Assembly (NCBI RefSeq): GCF_047777555.1
Contig: NZ_JBKEEV010000007.1
Coordinates: 7,877 to 71,876, forward strand
Length of the DNA stretch: 64,000 bases
Reading direction: 5' to 3'
Source of the DNA: Clostridium sp.
Lineage (GTDB): Bacteria > Bacillota > Clostridia > Clostridiales > Clostridiaceae
The notes under the pieces are model-generated. The model saw nothing but the letters and a program-made list of their open reading frames with translations, was not told where the DNA came from and did not search any database. The translations under genes and the position numbers were made by a program. Shown here piece by piece: positions 63,092 through 64,000 of the stretch; positions within the stretch are counted from its first letter, which is position 1; each line of letters begins with the position of its first letter.

Positions 63092-64000
63092 CTACTTACA
63101 AGAATCTCTTTCAACTAATTTATATGGTAAAATAAATAATTTTTTATCAATAGGTTGATTATTTATTTTCTTTATGAGCATTCTAGTAGCTACAGAGCCC
63201 ATATCATATAGTGGTTGAGCTATTGTTGTAAGCCTTGGATAGAAAAATTCTGCACCATAAGTATCATTAAATCCAATAACATCAACATCTTCTGGAACCT
63301 TTATGCCATTATCTCTTAGGGAATTTATTGCTCCCATGGCAAGGTCATCATTTGCACAAAATAGCGCATCTATATCCTTAGTCTTACTTAATATAGAATT
63401 CATTGCCTTATATCCATCTTCCGCTTTTAATGAATACTTGCAAAAGTATACTATATCTTCATTATAAGAAATATTATTTTTCTCAAGAGCATCTTTATAT
63501 CCATAATATCTTATAGCACTAGCATTTACAGCATCCACATCTGTTCCTATATATGCTATCTTTTTATTTCCCTTTTCAATCAAATAATTTACTGCATCTA
63601 TGGCAGCCTGTTTATTATCTATTATTACACTTGGATATTCAGTCTCTCTTCCATTAGTTTCAATCAATACTATTGGCATATTACTGTCTTTTATAGTCTT
63701 CATTACTGTAGATTCTAAAGAGTTACTTATATATATAACTCCATCTACCATCTTTTCTCCTAGAACCCTAAAATACTCCAACTCCTTTTCAGGATCTAAA
63801 TCTGTATTGCAAAGTATTATATTATATTCATAAATATTGGATACATCCTCTGCTCCTCTAACTATCTCAGGATACATAGAATTTGAAATATCCGGTATTA
63901 TTATACCTATTGTTTTGGTTTTCTGCGTTTTTAAACTTCTTGCCACTATATTTGGTCTATAGTCTAACTTTTTTATAGCTTCTAAAACTTTTTTCTTAGT
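63092..64000 (-). CDS. LacI-family transcriptional regulator; the 5' end (HTH) lies beyond the window
   Basis: Periplasmic-binding-like core (IGIIIPDISN..., FCANDDLAMG). The frame stays open to position 64000 (..TKKKVLEAIKKLDYRPNIVARSLK). Confidence 0.85.
   Translation of the reverse strand, partial: TKKKVLEAIKKLDYRPNIVARSLKTQKTKTIGIIIPDISNSMYPEIVRGAEDVSNIYEYNIILCNTDLDPEKELEYFRVLGEKMVDGVIYISNSLESTVMKTIKDSNMPIVLIETNGRETEYPSVIIDNKQAAIDAVNYLIEKGNKKIAYIGTDVDAVNASAIRYYGYKDALEKNNISYNEDIVYFCKYSLKAEDGYKAMNSILSKTKDIDALFCANDDLAMGAINSLRDNGIKVPEDVDVIGFNDTYGAEFFYPRLTTIAQPLYDMGSVATRMLIKKINNQPIDKKLFILPYKLVERDSCK

Overview
Low-GC, Clostridium-like chromosomal segment, almost entirely coded on the minus strand. 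No rRNA, tRNA or CRISPR array was seen.

**Layout, left to right**
- **1-1034:** two small secreted or hypothetical genes.
- **~1284-10455:** an integrated Tn554-like element. It has three tyrosine-recombinase genes (one disrupted), a coiled-coil TnpC-position gene, topoisomerase III, and a ~610-nt ORF-free, GC-enriched segment. It sits next to a 19-codon remnant of a chemoreceptor (MCP) gene.
- **10588-25483:** two tandem paralogous glycerol regulons (glpP, G3P dehydrogenase-like, oxidoreductase, DUF1667, glpF, glpK). The full-length MCP lies between them, and there are four leader terminators.
- **25751-37616:** ldh, an HD-GYP-like protein, a membrane MutS-like ATPase, GIY-YIG, a split DUF318 permease, Nudix, a frameshifted amino-acid permease, comB, csp, small membrane proteins, a thioesterase, a GNAT remnant and a rhomboid.
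- **38144-46848:** a nine-gene aromatic amino-acid operon (aroF-tyrA-aroB-aroA-aroC-pheA-aroE-aroK-aroQ). It is preceded by a consensus promoter, a 41-codon Phe/Tyr/Trp-rich leader ORF and a terminator.
- **47037-47309:** a Cys/His-rich 90-aa protein.
- **47354-53264:** two osmoprotectant ABC transporters, one frameshifted and one intact.
- **53476-57113:** an operon of a GntR/TrkA-C regulator, a BadF/BcrA-type ATPase and two DUF2229 proteins.
- **57318-59102:** a T-box leader (probable Ile specifier) in front of a CstA-family transporter.
- **59143-62954:** a large SF1 Upf1-like helicase paired with a DUF488 protein.
- **63092-64000:** a partial LacI-family regulator.

**Most interesting candidates**
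- the recombinase/TopB element with its ORF-free structured segment
- the leader-peptide attenuator of the aro operon
- the T-box-controlled cstA
- the helicase-DUF488 pair

**Caveat:** many genes carry single-base indels. These may be assembly errors rather than real pseudogenes.
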